In this document: positions 1-8,784 of the stretch, piece after piece | How positions within the stretch are numbered: position 1 is the stretch's first letter | Layout of the letters: each line of letters starts with the position of its first letter | Sequence record: NC_014260.1 | DNA: 64,000 nt | DNA from: Escherichia phage IME08 | Strand: one strand, 5' to 3' | Position numbers and translations under genes: made by a program | The notes under the pieces: generated by a model | Seen by the model: the letters and a program-made list of their open reading frames with translations, nothing else | The model's database searches: none | What the model was told of the DNA's origin: nothing

Positions 1-159
1 GGCAAATCCTTAATTCAGCCAGAAGAGTCTATTATAATTCCGTTTTCGAACATCAGAATTTCTACAGAAAAGATAAAGTTAAATGAAGTTGAAGTTAACA
101 ATTTAGCAAAAAGTATTTTAGAATCAACAACCCAAGAAGAGGTTCATAGTGTGTTTTAG
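1..159 (+). CDS. 3' end of an ORF entering from upstream (identity unresolved; gp24-side late gene or N-terminal part of the collagen-like fibre gene)
   Basis: Open frame from window edge to TAG 157-159 (…EVHSVF*); only 53 codons visible, so coding status is tentative. Confidence 0.3.
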   Translation, partial: GKSLIQPEESIIIPFSNIRISTEKIKLNEVEVNNLAKSILESTTQEEVHSVF

Positions 160-1349
160 GAATAAACAATTCCCAGATAGAGCCAATAGAGGGTCCGCCG
201 GGCCCTCAAGGAGACCCGGGCCCACAAGGTATTCAAGGCCCGCCCGGCCCTCAAGGAGACCAAGGTCCACAAGGTATTCAAGGCCTTAAAGGAGATAAAG
301 GAGATACAGGTCCACAAGGTATTCAGGGCCTACAAGGACCCAAAGGACCTAAAGGAGACCAGGGTCCACAAGGCATTCAAGGGCCTATAGGTCCTATAGG
401 TCCCGCAGGGCTAATATGGAAAGGAGAATGGGATGTAGATACACTTTACTCTGTCGATGATGCTGTTGGATATGCAGGTGCATCATATTTTTGTATAGCC
501 GAAAATACCGGTAATATACCCACAGAATCGCCGGAAAACTGGGCCTTATTAGCATCGCAAGGAGCTAGAGGAGAATCAGGGGCCCAGGGCCTACAAGGAC
601 CCAAAGGGGATAAAGGAGATACGGGTCTTCAAGGTATTCAAGGACCCAAAGGGGATAAAGGAGATACAGGTCTTCAAGGACCTATAGGGCCTATAGGACC
701 TAAAGGAGACCAGGGTCCTCAAGGTTCTAGAGGTATTCAAGGTATTCAAGGTCCCCAAGGAGACCAGGGCCCACAAGGTTCTAGAGGTATTCAAGGTATT
801 CAAGGACCTCAAGGAGACCAAGGTCCGCAAGGCCTTCAAGGACCCCAAGGAGATAAAGGAGAGGATGGATTCGGAATTGATTCTAAAATAAGTGGGGTAT
901 ATAAAATTCCTGCATCCGGAACCAAAGGACAATTTTATATAAACTTACCTGGGGCAGGTGGTCTTAGATTGATTGTATCAACGGCTGGGACAGGTAATGC
1001 TGTTAAAATAGGATACGGAGGTAACTCTAGCACTGTTCAAAGAACATTTACTATAGGATATAATTTAACAGCTAATTATACCGATTTGGCAAAAATAAAA
1101 ACCGGTAGGATAAATTATACAGGGTATACTTCGGTTTCATATAGTAGCGATACAACGGCTCTAGTCGGATATGGGGATATGTATACAGCAATAGCCTCTA
1201 ATAAAGATACTTTAGATTCATGGCATATAGTAATATCAGGCGTAGTGGCAAAATCATCTGCTTCGGCCACTGATGGAAGATTACTTATATCTGTAACTAA
1301 AGTTTTTGATTCCGAAACTCAACAGATTCAAACAGGTGAAATATATTAA
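150..1349 (+). CDS. collagen-like (Gly-X-Y) repeat protein with CBM5/12-like insert and Gly-poor C-terminal domain; no canonical start codon
   Basis: Frame open from in-frame TAG 147-149 to TAA 1347-1349; Gly-X-Y triplets from 192; first ATG/GTG/TTG in frame is at 969. Confidence 0.5.
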   Translation, partial: CVLGINNSQIEPIEGPPGPQGDPGPQGIQGPPGPQGDQGPQGIQGLKGDKGDTGPQGIQGLQGPKGPKGDQGPQGIQGPIGPIGPAGLIWKGEWDVDTLYSVDDAVGYAGASYFCIAENTGNIPTESPENWALLASQGARGESGAQGLQGPKGDKGDTGLQGIQGPKGDKGDTGLQGPIGPIGPKGDQGPQGSRGIQGIQGPQGDQGPQGSRGIQGIQGPQGDQGPQGLQGPQGDKGEDGFGIDSKISGVYKIPASGTKGQFYINLPGAGGLRLIVSTAGTGNAVKIGYGGNSSTVQRTFTIGYNLTANYTDLAKIKTGRINYTGYTSVSYSSDTTALVGYGDMYTAIASNKDTLDSWHIVISGVVAKSSASATDGRLLISVTKVFDSETQQIQTGEIY

Positions 1350-1357
1350 AACATAAA

Positions 1358-1371
1358 GGGCCGCAAGGCCC
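1358..1371. terminator. GNRA-loop hairpin (GGGCC-GCAA-GGCCC) between convergent genes; bidirectional terminator
   Basis: Perfect 5-bp GC stem with GCAA loop between collagen-like ORF stop and rnlB stop. Confidence 0.6.
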
Positions 1372-1378
1372 TTATCAT

Positions 1379-2386
1379 TTATTTGGATACTAGTTCAATC
1401 CAAACATGTCTTAATGTTTCTTTTACACACTCAATGAGCTGCTTTTTAACTTCAACAGGATTTTCAGCGTCAGTTAATTCTAATTCTTCACGGGCAGCTT
1501 CTTCAAGGATATCTTGGACCGTCAAGCCCATTACCTTTCCAAAATCCTTTTTGGAAACTTCGCCAATCTTACTGATAACATTGTTAATACGGTTAACAGT
1601 CACATAATCAGTGAATTGCCACATCAAATCCATATCGTCTTGGGATAAAACTACCGCAGCCTTAATAGGCTTATCAGACTTTTTCTTCTCGCTGAATTTA
1701 GAGTTCTTACATTTAATCGCTACACGATTTCCGTTTGGAAGCCAGGTAGGAATATCAGGTTTAAGTACAAAGCCTTCAGCCGTGAATACTTTACCTTCTA
1801 CCTTAGGAATAAAGTCTGTAGAGTTTGCAATAGTTAGGCCGGCGTTATCCACCGCAAAATTATAATCAGGAATAACTGAATCAAAGTCATTAGGTAATTT
1901 AATAAGGTCTTCAAAGCTACCTGTAGCCAGACATGGGGCTACCTTAAACTTATGGATAATACAGAAGGCTTCCATCAATGTATCGGTTAGAACAGATTCT
2001 GAACCGTCTTCCTTAGTAACTCGGATATCGAACACATAAAAGTCTTTATCACCGTAGTCCACATTCTTCTGGATACCTGGTCCAGCGAATTCGCCATAAA
2101 TCTGGTACGACTGATAATTAATCGATTCAATTAGATGTTGAACAGATTTAATAGAATCAGCATAGTTCTTAAGTACAATTTCATAACCATAGAAATCTTC
2201 AGCAGGGAGGATAGGGCCAGTGCGCTTGGCGCATGTGACTGCGTCACGTTCTATGATTAAACTAAAGTTGGTCCCGTGAATCTTCTCACGTGCAACCCAT
2301 TCACCACCAGTCAAACCGTTGATACGGAGTTTTTCGATAAACTTACTGTTGTAGTGGTTTTCGAGACTGCTATATTTCTTGAACAT
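1379..2386 (-). CDS. rnlB: RNA ligase 2 (Rnl2)
   Basis: 335 aa; near-colinear with recalled T4 Rnl2 ([20 protein letters not shown]…, KIHGTN lysine-nucleotidyltransferase motif). Confidence 0.9.
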   Translation of the reverse strand: MFKKYSSLENHYNSKFIEKLRINGLTGGEWVAREKIHGTNFSLIIERDAVTCAKRTGPILPAEDFYGYEIVLKNYADSIKSVQHLIESINYQSYQIYGEFAGPGIQKNVDYGDKDFYVFDIRVTKEDGSESVLTDTLMEAFCIIHKFKVAPCLATGSFEDLIKLPNDFDSVIPDYNFAVDNAGLTIANSTDFIPKVEGKVFTAEGFVLKPDIPTWLPNGNRVAIKCKNSKFSEKKKSDKPIKAAVVLSQDDMDLMWQFTDYVTVNRINNVISKIGEVSKKDFGKVMGLTVQDILEEAAREELELTDAENPVEVKKQLIECVKETLRHVWIELVSK

Positions 2387-2500
2387 AAATCACCATAATA
2401 AATATAATTAAATAGAAGAGCTAGTATTCTTCTGTCACCAAGCCAAATGGTTTAACGGAAGGACCTAGACCCATTATAACACATCTAAATTTAAAGCATA

Positions 2501-2710
2501 TTACTTTGAACTAGAACGCGCTTTGCGCCGAACCTTGTTGTTCAATCTTTTACGATAGACAATCTTTTCTTTCGCTTTAAATTTGGCCTTAGCATTCTCA
2601 ACTTCGGTCCAAGCTTTAGCCATATCTCTGGCGGTTCCGCCAATCTTTTTAGCAATATCAATAAAATTCATACCCGATTCATGTAAAAAATGTACTTTAA
2701 TCTTATCCAT
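2501..2710 (-). CDS. small basic helix-turn-helix-like protein
   Basis: 69 aa; HTH-like segment GMNFIDIAKKIGGTARDMAKAW followed by Lys/Arg-rich tail; own early promoter upstream. Confidence 0.4.
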   Translation of the reverse strand: MDKIKVHFLHESGMNFIDIAKKIGGTARDMAKAWTEVENAKAKFKAKEKIVYRKRLNNKVRRKARSSSK

Positions 2711-2738
2711 AACAATTCTCTTGTGATTTGACTATTCA

Positions 2739-2768
2739 ATAATAACATGAGAATTTTAACTTGTAAAC
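2739..2768 (-). promoter_or_regulatory. T4-type early promoter (minus strand GTTTAC-N18-TATTAT)
   Basis: Plus-strand ATAATA (2739-2744) and GTAAAC (2763-2768), about 30-60 nt upstream of ORF start at 2710. Confidence 0.45.
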
Positions 2769-2862
2769 AGGAGATTTTATGCCAGACAATCCATTATACG
2801 GGCATGACGGTAGAGGTGTATCATTAGAACTCACTAGTGAAAGCACCTTTTAAGGAGGTTAA

Positions 2863-3729
2863 ATGATTGCACTTAAAATAAATGGTCCTAGATATGAATT
2901 GGTTGGTAAGACTGTAACGTTGTATACCGCATTTGTATTACCAGCAGGTTTGACTCTAGATGATATAGAAATTAATTGGTATAAAAATAATGTCCATGTC
3001 CCACAACTTCCTATTGAAGACCCTTTTGAATTGAATTTATGGGATGTTGGATATCCGGCGGCAGGAACATTTTATGCAACTATAACAAACAAGAAAAGTG
3101 GTGAAATAACAAAGAGTAATGAAATAGAACTTGAAATAGGTGTCATTCCAAGAAGAGTAATCCTGGATATAAGCTCTAGGGAATTAATATATGCCGATAT
3201 AGGAGAAACCGTTTCACTTCGCCCGTCGTGTAGAGTAGAACCTACTTATGCCGTACGTGATTGTAGATGGTATAGAAATGGAGTAGAATTATCTAACGAT
3301 GAAGATATTGATATAACAATAGATAGTTCTGATAAATTCGGTACATACATGTTGAAATCTATAGCGACCTGCGAAGGAGCGTATATCCCTGCTTCTGAAG
3401 AACTTTTAGTTGAAATAAAACCTAGAGGGGGTGTATTGCAGTGCCCGTTCATATATGATAACGACCTTAATGCCTATTTACCATATGGCGGCGGAAGAAA
3501 TGAATCTTATATGTGGATAGGTTGGTGGGTGTGGGACGAAATAAGAGAAGCCGTTAGATTAGGAGAAGATTGGACGTTGGATATAAACAACAGCCGTTAC
3601 AAGTATAAATGTGAGTTACAAAAAGTAGCCGACCTTTTGTCTAAGTATCATGAAGTAGAGATACAAGAATCTAGAAACGGATATATTCTGGGGCGTAAAG
3701 ACTTGCTTTATGTTCCGCCTGTACCATAA
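2863..3729 (+). CDS. Hoc-like paralog: two Ig-like domains plus Hoc-type capsid-binding C-terminal domain
   Basis: 288 aa; AAGGAGG RBS; C-terminus YMWIGWWVWDEI…EVEIQESRNGYILGRK parallels Hoc YIWCGWWVMDEI…EVDVQESRNGRIIHRT; Ig I-set-like patterns (INWYKNN…GTFYATITN; CRWYRNGVEL…GTYMLKSIATCEG). Confidence 0.7.
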   Translation: MIALKINGPRYELVGKTVTLYTAFVLPAGLTLDDIEINWYKNNVHVPQLPIEDPFELNLWDVGYPAAGTFYATITNKKSGEITKSNEIELEIGVIPRRVILDISSRELIYADIGETVSLRPSCRVEPTYAVRDCRWYRNGVELSNDEDIDITIDSSDKFGTYMLKSIATCEGAYIPASEELLVEIKPRGGVLQCPFIYDNDLNAYLPYGGGRNESYMWIGWWVWDEIREAVRLGEDWTLDINNSRYKYKCELQKVADLLSKYHEVEIQESRNGYILGRKDLLYVPPVP

Positions 3730-3738
3730 AAAAATAAA

Positions 3739-3754
3739 GGGACCCGAAGGTCCC
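3739..3754. terminator. bidirectional hairpin terminator (GGGACC-CGAA-GGTCCC) flanked by A-run and T-run
   Basis: Between convergent hoc-like (+) and hoc (-) stops. Confidence 0.7.
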
Positions 3755-3761
3755 TTTTTAA

Positions 3762-4895
3762 TTAATAAACGTAATCGTAAATAATTCCAGCATCCAAAGC
3801 GGTTCTGTGAATAATTCTACCATTACGAGATTCCTGTACATCAACCTCCGGATAGTCAGTAATCATTTTTTGAAGAGTATAACGATGGAGATAGAAATCA
3901 CTATCAGGGTCATCGGTTTTCCAGTCTTTGCCTTCAAGAGTCATTTTCTGGATTTCGTCCATAACCCACCAACCACACCAGATATAAGCTGAATTGCGAA
4001 CTGGTAGCGGATGAACGTAAGGTAGTTCGCCCTCTGGAACTGGTGCGACTTTAGCCGTGACTGTTACATTACCAGTTTTGGTAACAGTCGTAGGGTTATA
4101 ATCGGCGGCCGAAACAACAGCAGAAACTTCAATAACCTGTGAACCTTCAGCGCTTGTGTCAATTACTAATGTATCTGTAGCACCCACAACAGGTGAACCG
4201 TCTTTCTTCCAAGAATAAGCAAAAGTGGCACCACTAGGCGCACCTGCTACGGTAGCTTTAAAAGAAGCCGGAGTTCCTTCAGGTACATTAATAGAGGCTG
4301 GCGTTAAATTAACAGAAACCCCAGACATTGTTTTCTTAACAAAAGAAACCGTTACGCCTTTAGCAGCAGTTGCTGAACCGTATTCCGGAGAGGTAACAGT
4401 AACTTCACAATTCAAGGTATAATTTGCTTCGGCTGCTTCAGTTAGTGTAATAGTTTTAGAGGTTTGGCCTGAAATTACGGTGGTATTTCGTTTCCAAACA
4501 TAATTAATTGTTGCACCAGCAGGAGCACCGGTTACATTAGCCGTAACAACTTGGGATTGGCCGACTTCTTTAGAAACGGAAGTAGGGTCCAAAGCCAAAG
4601 AGATATCCATAGTTTTATTAGATACAGTAACTTCAAAGGTGTCTTCGGCTGTCTCAAGAGGACCCGCATCGCCAGGGTCAGAAGTTACTACTACTTTTAT
4701 AACTTTCTTACCCGCAGGAGCAGCACCCGTATATCTCAAAACATTAGTGGTTTCTGGGTTAGCAGCTCCATCAACGGTCCATACATATGCAATGGTTCCA
4801 CCTGTTACAACTGCGTCGGTTGCGGTAGCAGTGTAGTTAGCGCTTTCGCCTATTTTCATAGACGCTGCGCCGGCTATACTTACAGTAAAGGCCAT
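3762..4895 (-). CDS. hoc: highly immunogenic outer capsid protein Hoc
   Basis: 377 aa; matches recalled T4 Hoc along most of its length (Ig-like repeats, KTGNVTVTAKVAP…ELPYVHPLP, C-terminal capsid-binding domain). Confidence 0.9.
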   Translation of the reverse strand: MAFTVSIAGAASMKIGESANYTATATDAVVTGGTIAYVWTVDGAANPETTNVLRYTGAAPAGKKVIKVVVTSDPGDAGPLETAEDTFEVTVSNKTMDISLALDPTSVSKEVGQSQVVTANVTGAPAGATINYVWKRNTTVISGQTSKTITLTEAAEANYTLNCEVTVTSPEYGSATAAKGVTVSFVKKTMSGVSVNLTPASINVPEGTPASFKATVAGAPSGATFAYSWKKDGSPVVGATDTLVIDTSAEGSQVIEVSAVVSAADYNPTTVTKTGNVTVTAKVAPVPEGELPYVHPLPVRNSAYIWCGWWVMDEIQKMTLEGKDWKTDDPDSDFYLHRYTLQKMITDYPEVDVQESRNGRIIHRTALDAGIIYDYVY

Positions 4896-4904
4896 AGTTT
4901 ACCC

Positions 4905-5582
4905 TTATTTTAAAGTGACAAAAGATGAATTACGCGTTTCACGTACTAATACTGAGCCATTACGATTGATGTAATAAATCAGACTGAATAATGTTTGGTG
5001 GGCTGAAGGATGTTGGAAATCTTTAGGACGTTCTTTCCAATCAGGGGTTTCAGAAATCCATTGATAAATCCACCAAGGAACAGTACAGTAACCTGGGTTT
5101 TTACCAATAAGCAAAAGATTGGGACTAAAGTTTTCAGGGAGTTCAAATTTAGGTTTTTCTGATTCTTTAACCAAGGTTATAGCTTGATTGAATTTCTCTT
5201 CGACAAACGGAACAACTTCTTCAATAATCTCGACCTTAGGAAGTTCGACTACCTCAACGACTTCAACTACAGCCTCAGGGGCATCGAACAACAGGGTTGC
5301 TTCTTCTTTAGCAGGTTCGGCTCCATCAATAAATTCATTAGAACCTGTAAGTTCGTCAGCAGCATCAATCAAATCAGAAATGGACAAACCTTCGGTTTCT
5401 GGAAGTGGTTCGTCGGCCAGGGCTTTAAGACCTTCAGTGATATCGATAATCAAATTATCAAACGAACGGGTTTTCTTAAGTTTTAAACCGAACTGTTCGC
5501 CGTATTCGATTAACTTAGCTTTAGCTTCTTTTTTATCTTCGAGTGCACGAAGCTCTTCAATATATTGGCGGTCCATAATCAT
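4905..5582 (-). CDS. inh: inhibitor of prohead protease gp21 (Inh)
   Basis: 225 aa, position between hoc and uvsW as in T4; acidic central region. Confidence 0.75.
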   Translation of the reverse strand: MIMDRQYIEELRALEDKKEAKAKLIEYGEQFGLKLKKTRSFDNLIIDITEGLKALADEPLPETEGLSISDLIDAADELTGSNEFIDGAEPAKEEATLLFDAPEAVVEVVEVVELPKVEIIEEVVPFVEEKFNQAITLVKESEKPKFELPENFSPNLLLIGKNPGYCTVPWWIYQWISETPDWKERPKDFQHPSAHQTLFSLIYYINRNGSVLVRETRNSSFVTLK

Positions 5583-5596
5583 TCTCTTTTCTAGTG

Positions 5597-5604
5597 TATA
5601 AATA
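5597..5604 (+). promoter_or_regulatory. late promoter TATAAATA (uvsW)
   Basis: Exact TATAAATA about 30 nt upstream of uvsW ATG. Confidence 0.6.
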
Positions 5605-5610
5605 TAACTA

Positions 5611-5618
5611 TATTTATA
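5611..5618 (-). promoter_or_regulatory. late promoter TATAAATA on minus strand (inh/hoc)
   Basis: Plus-strand TATTTATA; divergent partner of the uvsW late promoter. Confidence 0.5.
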
Positions 5619-5632
5619 ACTGAGAATTACTT

Positions 5633-7129
5633 ATGCAAATTCAAGTACATTTCGATAATTTTAGTCATGTTCGTATTGAGTGTGATGAATCCACATTCTA
5701 CGAACTCAGAGACTATTTTAGCTTTGAAGCTGATGGATATAAATTCAACCCTAAATTTCGTTATGGTCAATGGGACGGACGTATTCGCCTTCTGGATTAT
5801 AATCGTAAACTTCCTTATGGATTGGTTCCGCAGATTAAAAAATTCGCTGAACAATTTGAATACTCTCTGTGGATTGACCCACGTATTCTTGAACAGGAAG
5901 ATATTTCTCGTGAAGATTTTGACTCATGGGTGGCATCTCAAGAAATTTATTCAGGGTCTACCAAGATTGAGCCCCATTGGTATCAGAATGAAGCCGTATA
6001 CAACGGTCTAACAAAACGTCGCGCAATTCTGAATTTACCTACATCTGCAGGTAAATCATTAATCCAGGCGCTCCTGAGTCGATACTACGTTGAGAACTAT
6101 GAAGGTAAAATTCTTATCTTAGTTCCTACTACTGCACTCGTTGACCAGATGATTAATGACTTCATCGATTATCGGTTGTTCCCTAAAGCCGCAATGCTTG
6201 GAATTCGTTCAGGTACTGCTCGTGATTCTGATGCAATGATTTACGTTTCGACTTATCAAACTGCTATTAAGCAACCTAAAGAATGGTTTGCTCAGTTTGG
6301 TATGTTTATGAACGATGAATGTCATTTGGCTACAGGTAAATCTATTTCTACCATCATCGAAGGCCTAACCAACTGTATGTTTAAATTCGGTTTGTCTGGT
6401 TCTTTAAAAGATGGTAAAGCTAATTTAATGCAATATATGGGTTTGTTTGGTGATGTGTTTAAACCTGTTTCCACCTCCCAATTGATGGAAGAAGGACAGG
6501 TTACAGACCTTAAAATCAACAGTATTTTCCTTCGATACCCAGACGAATTCACTGTTAAGATGAAAGGTAAAGATTACCAATCAGAAATTAAAGTCATTAC
6601 TAAGGCTACTCGTCGTAATAAATGGGTTGCTAATTTAGCTGTTAAACTCGCTAAGAAAGAAGAGAACGTATTCCTGATGTTTAAAAACATCGAACACGGT
6701 AAAACTCTTTTTGAAATGGTTAAAGAGCAACATAAAGAAGTTTATTACGTATCAGGTGAAGTTAATACCGAAACGCGTAATGCTCTGAAAGTAATGGCGG
6801 AAAATGGTAAGGGTATTATTGTTGTGGCAAGTTATGGTGTGTTCTCTACTGGTATTTCTGTTAAGAACCTTCATCACGTTGTATTTGCTCACCCAGTAAA
6901 ATCCAAAATCATTGTACTCCAGACAATTGGTCGTGTACTCCGTAAACATGCTTCCAAATCAACAGCGCAAGTATGGGATATCATCGACGACATGGGTGTT
7001 AAGCCTAAATCAGCTACGGCTAAAAAGAAATATGTTCATTTGAACTACGCCCTCAAACACGCTTTAGAACGTATTCAACGTTATGCTGATGAGAAATTTA
7101 ATTACGTAATGAAACAGGTGGATTTATGA
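5633..7129 (+). CDS. uvsW: UvsW DNA/RNA helicase
   Basis: 498 aa; SF2 helicase motifs (PTSAGKS Walker A, DECH box); T4 position. Confidence 0.9.
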   Translation: MQIQVHFDNFSHVRIECDESTFYELRDYFSFEADGYKFNPKFRYGQWDGRIRLLDYNRKLPYGLVPQIKKFAEQFEYSLWIDPRILEQEDISREDFDSWVASQEIYSGSTKIEPHWYQNEAVYNGLTKRRAILNLPTSAGKSLIQALLSRYYVENYEGKILILVPTTALVDQMINDFIDYRLFPKAAMLGIRSGTARDSDAMIYVSTYQTAIKQPKEWFAQFGMFMNDECHLATGKSISTIIEGLTNCMFKFGLSGSLKDGKANLMQYMGLFGDVFKPVSTSQLMEEGQVTDLKINSIFLRYPDEFTVKMKGKDYQSEIKVITKATRRNKWVANLAVKLAKKEENVFLMFKNIEHGKTLFEMVKEQHKEVYYVSGEVNTETRNALKVMAENGKGIIVVASYGVFSTGISVKNLHHVVFAHPVKSKIIVLQTIGRVLRKHASKSTAQVWDIIDDMGVKPKSATAKKKYVHLNYALKHALERIQRYADEKFNYVMKQVDL

Positions 7130-7353
7130 AAACCTTTAAAGAAGTTATTCAGGAAGCATCTATTGAAAGCTTCATGTCTAAAATTAGTTCGTGTCAGACC
7201 ATGGAAGGTCTGGAGGAATTAGAGAAGTATTACAAAACTCGTAGTAAGGAAGCCGAACTTCGTGATTCGGATGATATCAGCGTACGCGATGCATTGGCTG
7301 GTAAGAGAGCTGAATTGGAGTCGATGGACGACGAGGAAGAGGAAGATTTCTAA
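7126..7353 (+). CDS. uvsW.1: UvsW.1 small acidic protein
   Basis: 75 aa, ATGA-overlapped with uvsW stop; acidic C-terminus DDEEEEDF. Confidence 0.6.
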   Translation: MKTFKEVIQEASIESFMSKISSCQTMEGLEELEKYYKTRSKEAELRDSDDISVRDALAGKRAELESMDDEEEEDF

Positions 7354-7361
7354 ACAAAAAA

Positions 7362-7383
7362 GGCCCAACCTTTCGGAAGGGCC
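7362..7383. terminator. hairpin terminator after uvsW.1
   Basis: GGCCC…GGGCC stem with inner CC/GG pairing, directly after stop. Confidence 0.5.
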
Positions 7384-7413
7384 AATAACCATAAAATGGC
7401 TATACACACTAGA

Positions 7414-7581
7414 CTAAATTAATAATTGGGTTTCGTTCAGCTGTTCTTCAGTGTTTTCCGTAACCGGCAAGCTTTGAACGTAATTATAGCATGGACCCGG
7501 GTGAACCGGACCTTTTTCTGTTTCAACAACCAATGCAGCATCGATTGGAGTTTTACAGACAACGCAAATCTTATCTGACAT
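7414..7581 (-). CDS. small Cys-containing protein (CxxC…C), hypothetical
   Basis: 55 aa MSDKICVVCKTP…GPCYNY…; strong RBS AAGGAGA 7 nt upstream of ATG; not in the supplied ORF track (<60 aa). Confidence 0.4.
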   Translation of the reverse strand: MSDKICVVCKTPIDAALVVETEKGPVHPGPCYNYVQSLPVTENTEEQLNETQLLI

Positions 7582-7609
7582 GATTGTCTCCTTAGTTTAA
7601 CTTACATAT

Positions 7610-8308
7610 CTATTTATTAGCCAAATTCTTTTCAAATGTTTTAACCATATAACCTACATCTAAATCAGGAAATCCATTCTCAACTATTATGCGTTGAAAT
7701 TTCCTTCTTTTAGGCATTCCTTCCTTTATCCAAAGTTCACGGATTTCCTTTTCAAATTCCCATAATTTACTTCTCATAGAAAGCTTAGGCTGTGAATGTT
7801 TACCTATATGGGCCTCATTAGCCTCTTTGGTACGTTTCTTACCTAATTTGGCTAATGACATAGCTTTTTTAGCTTCTTCTGTATGAGAATATGGATTTCT
7901 TTTATGACCCGCACTTATGGCTTGTTTGGTGGATTCAGACCTTGGAATACCTCGTATTTTCGACGCACTCTTTTCAATAGATTCAGGAGAACGAGTAGTA
8001 CAACTACCTCCTTCACCACCAGGTTTCATATTCATACAGCGAATACCTTTACCAAACTTATCCCAAGCCTCTTCTATCAAAAGCTCTTCGAATTCATAAG
8101 CAAGTTGTTCGGTATCGAAAAAAGTCCTATCGACTATTTCAATTCGGTATTTTAATCTTTTTGCATAATAGATGTAATTACCAGACCCTACATACTTGTC
8201 AGATATTTTATCAGAAGAATGCTTACCAAAATATCGCCTAGTTCCGTTAGGCGAGTATACTAAAGTTTGGTAGCACATATGGTACTTTTTATTTTTCACC
8301 TGCTTCAA
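7610..8308 (-). mobile_element. free-standing homing endonuclease-like gene (seg-like, degenerate GIY-YIG N-terminus with NUMOD-like basic repeats)
   Basis: 232 aa; N-terminal LVYSPNGTRRYFGKHSS…YVGSG resembles GIY-x10-YIG; Ser/Lys-rich repeats (SxxxKxxISxxHKxNP, AKKAMSLAKLGKK) as in I-TevI/Seg DNA-binding regions; overlaps uvsY 3' end. Confidence 0.5.
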
Positions 8309-8726
8309 ATTTCCTGAGCTCCAACATATTCTTTAATGAGAAACCTCTGGCTTTGACTGCGTCTAAAGCCGAACTACAGAAGTCCTGTAATAAAGCCCAA
8401 TACTGGATTGACGTATCGATTTTAATTACACTAGAATCTGCAGCCATTACGGTCTTTAATTCAGACTTCTCATATTGGTCCATACAAACCTCATCACCAG
8501 GCTCTCCACGTCCCGTGTAGAAATCTAATCGCTTCTTAAGTGAGGTCTTTTTCTGGATTTCTAATCTCATTATTTCTTTCTTACAATTCGTATACAGTCT
8601 TAGCCATTTGCTGTGCAGCAAAACGTTGTTCTGTACTTCATACTGTAAACGAGTCCCATCAATCTTCAAATCTTCATCCAAAGCATCTTGAAACGACTCT
8701 AATTTATATTCAATCTCTTTACTCAT
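8289..8726 (-). CDS. uvsY: UvsY recombination mediator
   Basis: Start at internal ATG (MSKEIEY…); TRLQYEVQNNVLLHSKWL and C-terminal GFSLKNMLELRKFEAG match recalled T4 UvsY. Confidence 0.85.
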   Translation of the reverse strand: MSKEIEYKLESFQDALDEDLKIDGTRLQYEVQNNVLLHSKWLRLYTNCKKEIMRLEIQKKTSLKKRLDFYTGRGEPGDEVCMDQYEKSELKTVMAADSSVIKIDTSIQYWALLQDFCSSALDAVKARGFSLKNMLELRKFEAGEK

Positions 8727-8784
8727 CGCATGTTTCCTGTGTAATAACCATAGGACCATTATACACTATTCATTTGAACAGCAA

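Noticed and set aside
150-200. Gene 60-style translational bypass joining the upstream ORF to the collagen-like frame
   Set aside because: The take-off codon before TAG 157-159 would be UUU, and no in-frame UUU landing codon occurs in the next ~50 nt; not supported, though other recoding is not excluded.
591-932. 113-aa minus-strand ORF in the ORF track
   Set aside because: Lies antisense to the Gly-X-Y repeat region; the repetitive sequence keeps the opposite strand open by chance, and the product is low-complexity Leu/Ser/Thr/Arg with no start context.
2779-2856. 25-codon micro-ORF (MPDNPLYGHDGRGVSLELTSESTF) upstream of the hoc-like gene
   Set aside because: Too short to call as a gene; mentioned only as a possible leader peptide for the hoc-like gene.
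4551-5601. Plus-strand ORFs (120, 65, 100, 137 aa) inside hoc and inh
   Set aside because: Shadow ORFs antisense to well-supported genes; no RBS, biased composition.
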